A DNA stretch of 64,000 nucleotides. Source: Chloroflexota bacterium. Its GTDB lineage: Bacteria > Chloroflexota > Anaerolineae > Promineifilales > Promineifilaceae. How positions within the stretch are numbered: the stretch's first letter is position 1; every line of letters starts with the position of its first letter. Below the pieces are notes generated by a model. That model was not told the origin of the DNA. It did no database searches and saw only the letters and a program-made list of their open reading frames with translations. The stretch spans positions 513 through 64,512 of the forward strand of contig JBMCFH010000002.1 of the NCBI GenBank assembly GCA_048620455.1, written 5' to 3'. Both the position numbers and the translations under genes were made by a program. Shown here one piece after another: positions 44,592-52,785 of this stretch.

Positions 44592-45275
44592 ATGAAGCAC
44601 GAAATTCACGGCACGACATTACAGACGCTGGATCTGTATCTGAGTCAAGGAGAAGCGGTCTATACCGAATCGGGGGGGATGGCCTGGATGACGGGCGACG
44701 TTGACATGGAGACGAACACCCGCGGTGGACTGATGAAGGGCCTGGCGCGCTCGCTCGCGGGCGAATCGCTCTTCTTGACCACCTACACCTGCCGCGGTAG
44801 CGGGGCACTGATCACCTTTACTCCAGAGGCTCCCGGTTCCATTATCACGGTTGAATTGGGCGCCGGCGAGAGCCGCATTTGCCAGAAAGACGCGTTCATG
44901 GTTGCCGAAAGTTCGGTTGAACTGGAGGTTCATTTTCGTAAGAAGCTGGGAACGGGTCTCTTTGGTGGTGAAGGCTTCATCCTGCAAAAACTGACGGGCC
45001 CTGGCACGGCCTGGGTTGAAATAGCAGGCGAGGTGCGCAGCTACAACTTAAAGGCGGGCCAGACCATGCGCGTGGATCCGGGTCACATCGCCATGTATGA
45101 GCCAAGCGTCAGTTACGAGATCAACCGCGTCAAGGGGGTAAGAAACATCCTGTTTGGCGGTGAGGGCCTCTTCCTGGCGACACTCACCGGACCAGGAAAA
45201 ATCTGGCTGCAAAGTATGCCTCTGGCCAACCTGGCCTCGAGTCTGGCGCGCTACATACCAACTTCAAGCAGCTAA
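44592..45275 (+). CDS. AIM24 / TIGR00266 (DUF124) family protein
   Basis: LDLYLSQGEAVYTESGGMAWMTGDVDMETNTRGGLMKGLARSLAGESLFLTTY...GEGFILQKLTGPGTAWV...GGEGLFLATLTGPGKIWLQS is the family's repeated beta pattern. AAGGAGA lies 8 nt upstream of ATG 44592. Confidence 0.8.
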   Translation: MKHEIHGTTLQTLDLYLSQGEAVYTESGGMAWMTGDVDMETNTRGGLMKGLARSLAGESLFLTTYTCRGSGALITFTPEAPGSIITVELGAGESRICQKDAFMVAESSVELEVHFRKKLGTGLFGGEGFILQKLTGPGTAWVEIAGEVRSYNLKAGQTMRVDPGHIAMYEPSVSYEINRVKGVRNILFGGEGLFLATLTGPGKIWLQSMPLANLASSLARYIPTSSS

Positions 45276-45283
45276 AACCAAAT

Positions 45284-45313
45284 GAGGCCAGAGCACTTTT
45301 GCGCTCTGGCCTC
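45284..45313. terminator. strong hairpin between convergent genes (likely terminator, mainly for the minus-strand atp genes)
   Basis: GAGGCCAGAGC (45284-45294) pairs with GCTCTGGCCTC (45303-45313). The minus strand has a U-rich tract after the stem (ATTTGGTTTT). Confidence 0.6.
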
Positions 45314-45433
45314 ACCGGTCCGTGTGCTCAGATAGTGGCTGCTTAACTGCTGCCGTCTTCTCCCACTTCTAACAAGAGTCAGCTATCAGAACAGAGCATA
45401 CGGATCTTTATAGCTTACGTCGCAGACCCGGCC

Positions 45434-46138
45434 TTAGGCAAGCGACTCACGCATATTCCCCATCTTACGGGCGACGCTATCGTCCACCACCTGATCGCCC
45501 ACGCGGATAATGAGACCGCCAAGTATACTGGGATCAACCTTATACTCGACGTTATCTATGCCCAACGTCTGTTGGACGCGCTGCTTTTCCTCATCCGTCA
45601 GGGGCAGAGCGCTGGTCACCACCGCCTGATCGCCAGACAGTTGTGAAACACCGGCCGGCGGTTCGGACAGGAAGCTGTTGATCAGCGCCCGCTGGCGATC
45701 GCCGTCGAGTGAATCTTGCACCAGTTTGTTGGTGGCTGCGATGGCAATGGACGCCACTTGACCACGCAATTCAGCCAGAATTCGGTTTCTCTCCTCTTCC
45801 GCCTCGCTGCGGGCCTCGGCAACGATTTCCTTCGCCTCTACCTCGGCCTGCTTAATGATACCCTTCCGCGTCTCTTCAGCCTGCTCGGTCGCCTGCTGGC
45901 GGGCCTTCGCTGCTTCAGCGCGCGCTGCATCCAGAATCTTCTTTGCCTCAGCATCGGCGTTGTCGCGTGCAATGGCCGCCTGCCGGGCATCCTCTAAGCC
46001 TTTCGCAATTCGCGCCTGCCGTTCCTCAAGCACCCGGAGAATCGGCTCGTAGGCGAATGCCTTCATGAAGGCAAGAATGACGATGATACCCAGGATCTGG
46101 ATGAGGAGGTAGCCTATATTTATGCCTAAGCCTTCCAT
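45434..46138 (-). CDS. atpF: ATP synthase subunit b fused to a delta(OSCP) C-terminal-like segment
   Basis: The N-terminal TM (IGYLLIQILGIIVILAFM) and charged coiled coil (ARIAKGLEDARQAAIARDNADAEAKKILDAARAEA...) match subunit b. The C-terminal LTDEEKQRVQQTLG..VEYKVDPSILGGLIIRVGDQVVDDSVARKMGNMRESL matches the conserved end of subunit delta. Confidence 0.75.
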   Translation of the reverse strand: MEGLGINIGYLLIQILGIIVILAFMKAFAYEPILRVLEERQARIAKGLEDARQAAIARDNADAEAKKILDAARAEAAKARQQATEQAEETRKGIIKQAEVEAKEIVAEARSEAEEERNRILAELRGQVASIAIAATNKLVQDSLDGDRQRALINSFLSEPPAGVSQLSGDQAVVTSALPLTDEEKQRVQQTLGIDNVEYKVDPSILGGLIIRVGDQVVDDSVARKMGNMRESLA

Positions 46139-46165
46139 TCGCTATCTCCTTTATCAGATAGTTGG

Positions 46166-46414
46166 TTACAGAACAAACAGAATAATCAGCGCTACAACCA
46201 GCGCGTAAATGGCCGTGGCCTCGGCGAATGCAATACCCAGAATCAGGTTGGTCTGGATCGTGCCGGCGGCATCCGGATTGCGCGCGATACCCTGCGTTGC
46301 GCCACCGGCGAGAATACCGATACCCGCGCCTGCGCCAATCACGCCCATCATTGCCAGCCCGGCGCCCAATGCTTTCAGACCGTCTACAAGCACGAGAGCA
46401 GCTGCTTCATCCAT
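46166..46414 (-). CDS. atpE: ATP synthase subunit c
   Basis: The 82-aa protein forms a two-helix hairpin, [19 protein letters not shown]...[23 protein letters not shown], with the conserved carboxylate (E) in helix 2. Confidence 0.9.
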   Translation of the reverse strand: MDEAAALVLVDGLKALGAGLAMMGVIGAGAGIGILAGGATQGIARNPDAAGTIQTNLILGIAFAEATAIYALVVALIILFVL

Positions 46415-46542
46415 TCGTAATTACCTCCAATAATTATGTTTCTGTTCTGACAGGTTTTCTGAGATTAGGGATTGGGGATTCGAGATCAGGATAGCATCTT
46501 AATCTCAATCTCCAGTCTCTAATCTCCAATACACTAAGTTGA

Positions 46543-47640
46543 TTAATGCTCTTCGCCGTGGTCGCCGTGATGTTCGGTGGCGCCCGCCATGAAGACAAGC
46601 GTAAGCATGGCGAAGACGATGGCCTGGATAAGTCCCACGAAGAACTCGAGGGCAAAGAAGGCCACATTGGCTACCGGCAACAGGAACGCCATCACAAACA
46701 GCAGCACCTGACCGGCAAAGATATTGCCAAGAAGACGGAAGGAGAACGATAGAATCTTGGACAGCTCGGAGACAAACTCCAGGATACCAACCGCCGGATC
46801 CAAGGCTCGAATCGGATTCTTGGCAATCTCATTGATGGGCAGCGTAAAGAATTTCTTCAGATACGATGCCCCAAGATACTTGAAACCGTAATACTGCACC
46901 ATGAACATCGACACCAGCGATAGGGCCAGCGTGAAGTTCAGGTCGGTCGCCGGAGCGCGCAAGAAAGGCACAATTGTCCAGTCGGCAAGCTCGGGATTAA
47001 CCCTCAACCCCAGGAATCCACTCTCTCCTTCCACATTGCCGTCAGCGCGCACCAGCAGGCCAAAGAAAGCCTCCTGTGGCACACGCAAATCGCCGACGTT
47101 TTCCTCGTCAATCTCGTGTTCGATATCGTGGATCATGTCATCCGCAGCGTCGGGGCTGACTTCGCCGGCAGCCACAAGCTCGTCAACCTCTTCCACCGCG
47201 TAAAAATGGGGAAGATTCTCCCAGATACCGACGCTATCTACCGTGGGTACCAGCTCCAACCAGTTGGCGATCAGGATCACAAACAAGAACGTAAAGAAGT
47301 AAGGGAAAAAATCGCGCACCTTGTTGCCAGCGATGTTCTTGGCGAAGTTATAGGTGGATTCGATGAGCATCTCGAAGAAATTGTAATAGCCGGTGGGCAC
47401 CTCGTCCGCGGTTCGCGAACGAGCCCGCAGCGCCAGGACCATTACAATGACGATGGCATATGTTACCAGCGTAGCCATAAATGTGTTGGTAACACCACCG
47501 ATGACCGGCAAATGCGTGCCGGGATAAATTTCACCCGGGAGCTGAATAAAGGGCAAAACGGGCTTGGTAACAGCCACAACCGATCCCAGGATAATCATCA
47601 AGAGAATCGAACCGAGTATGACGTACCGTTTCTTAATCAT
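46543..47640 (-). CDS. atpB: ATP synthase subunit a with ~85-aa acidic loop insertion
   Basis: LSFSFRLLGNIFAGQVLL contains the essential Arg motif, and PATDLNFTLALSL is also conserved. At 365 aa it is longer than the typical ~230-270 aa. Confidence 0.85.
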   Translation of the reverse strand: MIKKRYVILGSILLMIILGSVVAVTKPVLPFIQLPGEIYPGTHLPVIGGVTNTFMATLVTYAIVIVMVLALRARSRTADEVPTGYYNFFEMLIESTYNFAKNIAGNKVRDFFPYFFTFLFVILIANWLELVPTVDSVGIWENLPHFYAVEEVDELVAAGEVSPDAADDMIHDIEHEIDEENVGDLRVPQEAFFGLLVRADGNVEGESGFLGLRVNPELADWTIVPFLRAPATDLNFTLALSLVSMFMVQYYGFKYLGASYLKKFFTLPINEIAKNPIRALDPAVGILEFVSELSKILSFSFRLLGNIFAGQVLLFVMAFLLPVANVAFFALEFFVGLIQAIVFAMLTLVFMAGATEHHGDHGEEH

Positions 47641-47945
47641 TAATCTGTCTCTTCCTCATGCTCTTGATCGTCGTTCTCGTCTTGGCCTGGCGCCATCAGA
47701 TTTTGGGCGCGAGCCGCCGTTGATAAAGCAATACGCAAGATAATGTAAAGCGTAACGGGAAAACTACCGACAAGGAACAAGACGGTGAAAATACCGCTTG
47801 TACCTAGATAGTTGTCAAGGAACCGGCCCGCGCCAAAAGCTACGGCGATGATGATGATACTCGCCAGACTCGTAGTGCATCCAATCTGACTGATTAGGCC
47901 AGCGTAGGCTGCCGCATTATCATTCGACTGTTTACGTTGGGACAC
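47640..47945 (-). CDS. AtpZ/AtpI-like small membrane protein of the atp operon
   Basis: The 101-aa protein has two TM helices (SLASIIIIAVAFGAGRFLDNYLGTSGIFTVLFLVGSFPVTLYIIL), matching the pattern of F0F1-ATPase 'gene 1' proteins. It starts at a GTG, and its stop shares 1 nt with the atpB start (TAATG). Confidence 0.6.
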   Translation of the reverse strand: MSQRKQSNDNAAAYAGLISQIGCTTSLASIIIIAVAFGAGRFLDNYLGTSGIFTVLFLVGSFPVTLYIILRIALSTAARAQNLMAPGQDENDDQEHEEETD

Positions 47946-48020
47946 AATACCTTCTTTTTGGGCGCGACTTTGCGCATTATATCACAATCAATTTATGTGA
48001 CAACGTGAAGGAGGCCGGGG

Positions 48021-49544
48021 TTACCCGGGAAAACCGAGCAACGGGAAAAAGCTAAGACCCGCTTCACGCGTCCACTCGAAAGCTGGGCCGGCGGCCACAC
48101 CCAGGTAGATAATGCCGAACGCGGAGGCGATCAGCGCCACGCGAGCCGCGCGCGATACCGGGATGCGGGCGTCCTCTTCCTCCGACCGGTACAGATACAT
48201 GTACTTTACAACAGTCAGATAGTAGTAGAGCCCCACGAAGGCATTTAGCACTCCGATCCCGGCCAGCCACCACAGACCGGCGTCAACCGCGGCTTTGAAC
48301 ACAAAGAATTTGGCGATGAAGCCCGCCGTCGGCGGAATTCCGCCCAGCGACAGCAGCGCCAGTAACATCGCCAGCGCAAGATAGGGCGCCCTGCGGCTCA
48401 AGCCGTAGAAGTCACGCATATCGTCGGACCCCGTCTGCTCGCTAACCAGAACAATGACGCCAAAGGCCACGACGTTAGTGACAACATACATCAGCAGGTA
48501 GAACATCGCTGCGGCGGACCCGTCCGGCGTCAGCGCCACAAGTCCAATCAGGGCGTATCCTGCCTGGGCAATGCTGGAGTAAGCCAACATACGCTTGAGA
48601 TTGCTCTGGAAAATGGCCAGGACGTTCCCCAGAGACATGGTCACAATGGTGATGGCGACCAACATAGCCCACCACTCGCTGCCGAAATCGGGAGCGCCCA
48701 GCGCGCCAGAGGCAAACACACGGATAAACACGGCAAACCCGGCGGCCTTGGACGCGGTGGAAACAAAGGCCGTCACCGGCGTTGGTGCGCCTTCATAGAC
48801 ATCCGGGGTCCAGAAGTGAAAGGGAACAGCGGAAATCTTGAAGCCAAAACCGGCCACAATCATCACCGTCGCCAGCAGGAACAGGCCGTTTACCTCAGGG
48901 GGAATAGCGCCTGCCTGCGCCACAAGCGCGCCGATGACGAAAATGTTCGTCTGCCCGATGATGCCATAGATCAGGCTCAAACCATAAAGCATGACGGCCG
49001 AGGCGAAGGCGCCATAGACGAAATATTTAATTCCCGCTTCGGTTGAACGTTCGCTGTCGGTAATGAAGCCCGCCAGCACGTAGAGGGATATACTGGCCGT
49101 TTCGATGGCCAGAAAAATCATGATCATATCCGAACCGGCGGCCATGAGGCTGAAGCCAATGGTCGCCGTCAGGAGCAAGGCGAAGTATTCGCCCCGCTGA
49201 AGCGCCGGTACGTCAAGGGAAATCAAACTCACCACCATGGTGGTAATGAGGAACATGACACGGAAAACCAGCGTAACAAGGTCGTGGCGCACCATACCGC
49301 CCCACAGCAAGGACTCGCCGACGCTACGCCCGGAATCAGGTTCCCCCGCAAAAACCCACACGCCAATAGTCAGCAGTAAGATAGCCAGGCTGCCCCACGC
49401 CGTCAGAAGGCCAACCCGCCTTCTCTCAGCCGGTCTCAAAAGCCGGTCATAGGTCAATACCGCAAGAATTAGTACGGCGAGTGAAATCTCCGGCACGATG
49501 GCCAGGAGTTCCGGTAGCGTAGGCACGATATTCTGGGGATTCAC
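48021..49544 (-). CDS. nuoN: NADH:quinone oxidoreductase subunit N
   Basis: FHFWTPDVYEGAPTPVTAFVSTASKAAGF is the NuoN-type antiporter-like signature. The protein is 507 aa with about 14 TM helices. Confidence 0.85.
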   Translation of the reverse strand: MNPQNIVPTLPELLAIVPEISLAVLILAVLTYDRLLRPAERRRVGLLTAWGSLAILLLTIGVWVFAGEPDSGRSVGESLLWGGMVRHDLVTLVFRVMFLITTMVVSLISLDVPALQRGEYFALLLTATIGFSLMAAGSDMIMIFLAIETASISLYVLAGFITDSERSTEAGIKYFVYGAFASAVMLYGLSLIYGIIGQTNIFVIGALVAQAGAIPPEVNGLFLLATVMIVAGFGFKISAVPFHFWTPDVYEGAPTPVTAFVSTASKAAGFAVFIRVFASGALGAPDFGSEWWAMLVAITIVTMSLGNVLAIFQSNLKRMLAYSSIAQAGYALIGLVALTPDGSAAAMFYLLMYVVTNVVAFGVIVLVSEQTGSDDMRDFYGLSRRAPYLALAMLLALLSLGGIPPTAGFIAKFFVFKAAVDAGLWWLAGIGVLNAFVGLYYYLTVVKYMYLYRSEEEDARIPVSRAARVALIASAFGIIYLGVAAGPAFEWTREAGLSFFPLLGFPG

Positions 49545-51178
49545 TAAGCACCTCCCAGCCAGTTAAAGAGATCAATAGCCGCCATCTGCATAGAATGGAA
49601 AACCGTCTCAGCCTGTTGCGCGTCATTCAGGCGCGCCACCACAGGCTCCACACCGGCCTGTACGACGGGTGCAATCACCGAAGGGAAAATGCCGATGACG
49701 ATAAGAATCACGCTGAAGCCCACCAGGGCAACGATGTCGATACCCAGCAGCGGTCGCATGTCGTGCCACTTCTCCGCATCATAATCACCCAGAAAAACGG
49801 TGCCGATGGCGCGCAAAATGTAGGCCGCGGTGATGATGATGCCGAACACGGAGAGGATAGCCACGATGGGATAGAATGACGCCGGATTGAGGCCCAGAGC
49901 CACCTCCTGCAGATTCAGCGTGCCGCCGGCCCACACACCAAGGAAGATGGGGAATTCCGCCACAAAGCCGGAGAGGCCGGGCATTCCCATCGAGACCAGG
50001 CCGCCGATGGTAAAGGCCACCATCGTCGCCGGCAGCACCTTCACCATACCGCTCAGGTTGTCCATGTCGCGAGTGTGGGCGCGGTCGTAAATCATACCAA
50101 CGACCGCAAAGAAGAGAGCCGTCATCACGCCGTGGCTCACCATCTGGATAGCGGCGCCGGTGAAGCCCAGCACATTCATTGCAGCAAAGCCCATGGACAC
50201 CAGCCCCATATGGCTCACGCTGGAGTATCCGATCAGGTACTTCATGTCGCGCTGGCGCATGGCGATGAGCGAGCCGTAAATGACGTTGACCACCGTGAAG
50301 ATGATCACAAACGGCAGCCAGTACACGGCGCCATCCGGTAGCAGGTGGATGCCCACGCGCATGGCAGCATATGCGCCCAGCTTCATCAGCACACCGGCGT
50401 GGATCATGGAGACGGCCGTGGGCGCCGCCACGTGGCCGTCAGGCGACCAATTGTGGAACGGCCACAGACCGGCCAACACGCCAAATCCCAGGAATATGGG
50501 CAGGAAGGTCCATAACTGCAGGGTACGCGGGAAGTCGCTTTCAGCCCACACGCGTAAATCAAAAGTCAGCTCCTGTCCCAGCTCAGGCAATTGGAAGTAC
50601 AGAACCAGGAACGGAACCAGCGCGATGAAACTGCCGATCAGCAGATAGAGAGTCAACTTCATCGCCGCGTACTCGCGCGTCTTCTCCCAGCCCCAGATGA
50701 CGATGAGCACGTACATGGGCAGGACGGCCAGTTCGTAGAAGAAGAACAGCAAGAAGCCGTCAACGGCAACGAAAACACCATGAACGCCGGCCACCAGGAG
50801 CATGAAAAAGGCAAAAAACTCGCGCGGACGATCTTCAATCCCCCACGAAATCAGCACGCCGCCCAGGCCCACAATGGCTGTCAGCAGCACCAGCGTCACG
50901 CTGAGGCCATCGACGCCCACAATGTAGTTGATGCCGACGCCGGGCACCCAGCTGTACTCCTCGACGAACATAAGCGTCTCGCGCCAGGAGGCATCGGGCG
51001 ATGGTAGATTCTGGTAATAGGCTACATAGGTGTAGGCCGATAGGATAAACCCTATGATCATTGCGGCCAGCCCCAACATCCTCGCATTTTCCTTGCGTTC
51101 CTCAGAGAGGAGCAGGATGATGATAGCCGTCGCAATCGGCGATAGCGCTATAACCGAAAGAAACGGAAAATTCTCCAT
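49544..51178 (-). CDS. nuoM: NADH:quinone oxidoreductase subunit M-like, second (more divergent) copy
   Basis: FHNWSPDGHVAAPTAVSMIHAGVLMKLGAYAAMR is a NuoM-type motif (HxEAPTAGS...LLKLGxYG class). The protein is 544 aa. Confidence 0.75.
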   Translation of the reverse strand: MENFPFLSVIALSPIATAIIILLLSEERKENARMLGLAAMIIGFILSAYTYVAYYQNLPSPDASWRETLMFVEEYSWVPGVGINYIVGVDGLSVTLVLLTAIVGLGGVLISWGIEDRPREFFAFFMLLVAGVHGVFVAVDGFLLFFFYELAVLPMYVLIVIWGWEKTREYAAMKLTLYLLIGSFIALVPFLVLYFQLPELGQELTFDLRVWAESDFPRTLQLWTFLPIFLGFGVLAGLWPFHNWSPDGHVAAPTAVSMIHAGVLMKLGAYAAMRVGIHLLPDGAVYWLPFVIIFTVVNVIYGSLIAMRQRDMKYLIGYSSVSHMGLVSMGFAAMNVLGFTGAAIQMVSHGVMTALFFAVVGMIYDRAHTRDMDNLSGMVKVLPATMVAFTIGGLVSMGMPGLSGFVAEFPIFLGVWAGGTLNLQEVALGLNPASFYPIVAILSVFGIIITAAYILRAIGTVFLGDYDAEKWHDMRPLLGIDIVALVGFSVILIVIGIFPSVIAPVVQAGVEPVVARLNDAQQAETVFHSMQMAAIDLFNWLGGA

Positions 51179-51195
51179 GAACGTTTCCTACTTCG

Positions 51196-52752
51196 TCAGC
51201 TAAATAACTTCGTTACAGTATCATTGATGATGGCCACCAACCATTGGGGCCACAGACCCAGGCTCAGCATCAGCGCCATCAGCGGCCAGATGACCAGGTG
51301 TTCGCGCAGGGTCATATCCTGCAGGTCGGCCCATTCCGGCAACAGGGGCCCGTGCAACGTCTGCCCGATGCCTTTCAGGATGTAAGCGCCGGTCATGATC
51401 AGACCGATCATGGACAGCGCGACCTGCACGGTAAAGACGTTCCAGGCGCCGCGCACAATCATGAACTCGCTCACGAAGCCATTTAGGCCGGGCAACCCCA
51501 GGGAGGCCATGCTGGTGAAGATCAGGATCGCGCCAAAGGCCGGCAGCACAGACCAGATGCCACCATACCGTTTCAGGTCGCGAGTGTGTGTGCGTTCATA
51601 GATCACACCGACCAGAAAGAACATACCGGCGGCCGAGAGTCCATGATTAAACATCTGGAACACAGCGCCGTTGGTAGCCATGATGGCATCCTGCACGACG
51701 TCGGGCGCAAAGGTTGTGCCGGCCCCGTAGGCCGCGCCATACACATAAGCCATGACGGCGATACCCAGTATGACAAAGCCCATGTGATTGATGGATGAAT
51801 AAGCCACCAGTCGCTTGAAGTCCCACTGCCCGTAGGCCGCAAAGCCGCCAAATATAATGCTCAGCATACCCAGGATGGCCAACACCCCGGCCGTCAGGTA
51901 CGCCTGCTCCGGAAACAGAGGGACGACGAGGCGCACAAAACCATAGGCGCCCAGTTTCAACAACACACCTGCCAGGATCATGGAACCCGCCGTCGGTGCT
52001 TCCGTATGCGCGTCTGGCAGCCACGTGTGGAAGGGCCACACCGGCACCTTGATGGCAAAGGCGATCACAAACAGGACGTACGCCACCGATTTGACCAACG
52101 CCGTGGATAACCCCGAAACCGGCAGCGTGGCGCTGTCCAGATTGACCCAGACCGTCATCAGTTCCAGCATGTCAAATGTGCCTGCTGACAGACCAATCAA
52201 CTGAATGGAAAGCAACAGACCCAGGCTGCCCGCCATCGTATAGATGAAAAACTTAAATGAGGCGTACTGGCGGTCCTTGCCCCCCCACAGACGAATAAGG
52301 AAGTACATGGGAACCAGCCCTATCTCCCAGAAGATGAAAAAGATGAGCAGATCCAGCGCGCCGAACAGGCCAATCATACCCGTCTCTAGCGCCAGGAAGA
52401 GCACCATGTACATCTTTACCCGCTCCTCGACGTTGAAAGAAGCGAGAATGGAAAGCGGGGTCAGGATCGCAGTCAGTAGAATCAGGGCCAGGCTAATACC
52501 ATCTACGCCGATGTGATAACTGGCCCCTATCGCCGGAAACCACTCGGCCATCGTCTCAAACTGGATACCCGCGTCGACGCGATCGTAGTTGAACCACATG
52601 ATCAACGTCAGAACCAACGGAACCAGACTGAAAACAAAGGACAGGCGTCTGATCAGCGTCTTTTCATCGTCCGGCAGCAGGAAGATGATCAACGCCGCAA
52701 TCGCCGGGAAGAAGATAATTAGCGTCAGTAAATTATTCTGCAGGAATTCCAT
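51196..52752 (-). CDS. nuoM: NADH:quinone oxidoreductase subunit M
   Basis: FHTWLPDAHTEAPTAGSMILAGVLLKLGAYGFVR is the canonical NuoM signature. The protein is 518 aa. Confidence 0.85.
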   Translation of the reverse strand: MEFLQNNLLTLIIFFPAIAALIIFLLPDDEKTLIRRLSFVFSLVPLVLTLIMWFNYDRVDAGIQFETMAEWFPAIGASYHIGVDGISLALILLTAILTPLSILASFNVEERVKMYMVLFLALETGMIGLFGALDLLIFFIFWEIGLVPMYFLIRLWGGKDRQYASFKFFIYTMAGSLGLLLSIQLIGLSAGTFDMLELMTVWVNLDSATLPVSGLSTALVKSVAYVLFVIAFAIKVPVWPFHTWLPDAHTEAPTAGSMILAGVLLKLGAYGFVRLVVPLFPEQAYLTAGVLAILGMLSIIFGGFAAYGQWDFKRLVAYSSINHMGFVILGIAVMAYVYGAAYGAGTTFAPDVVQDAIMATNGAVFQMFNHGLSAAGMFFLVGVIYERTHTRDLKRYGGIWSVLPAFGAILIFTSMASLGLPGLNGFVSEFMIVRGAWNVFTVQVALSMIGLIMTGAYILKGIGQTLHGPLLPEWADLQDMTLREHLVIWPLMALMLSLGLWPQWLVAIINDTVTKLFS

Positions 52753-52785
52753 AGAAACTCCGAAACCTGGATCGTGAGTCGAGAC

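Noticed and set aside
46415-46542. Short GAGATT/AATCTC repeats as a possible CRISPR or mini-satellite
   Set aside because: The units are only 6 nt, irregularly spaced and partly inverted. There are no 25-40 nt direct repeats with unique spacers and no cas genes. I treated the region as a structured intergenic spacer instead.
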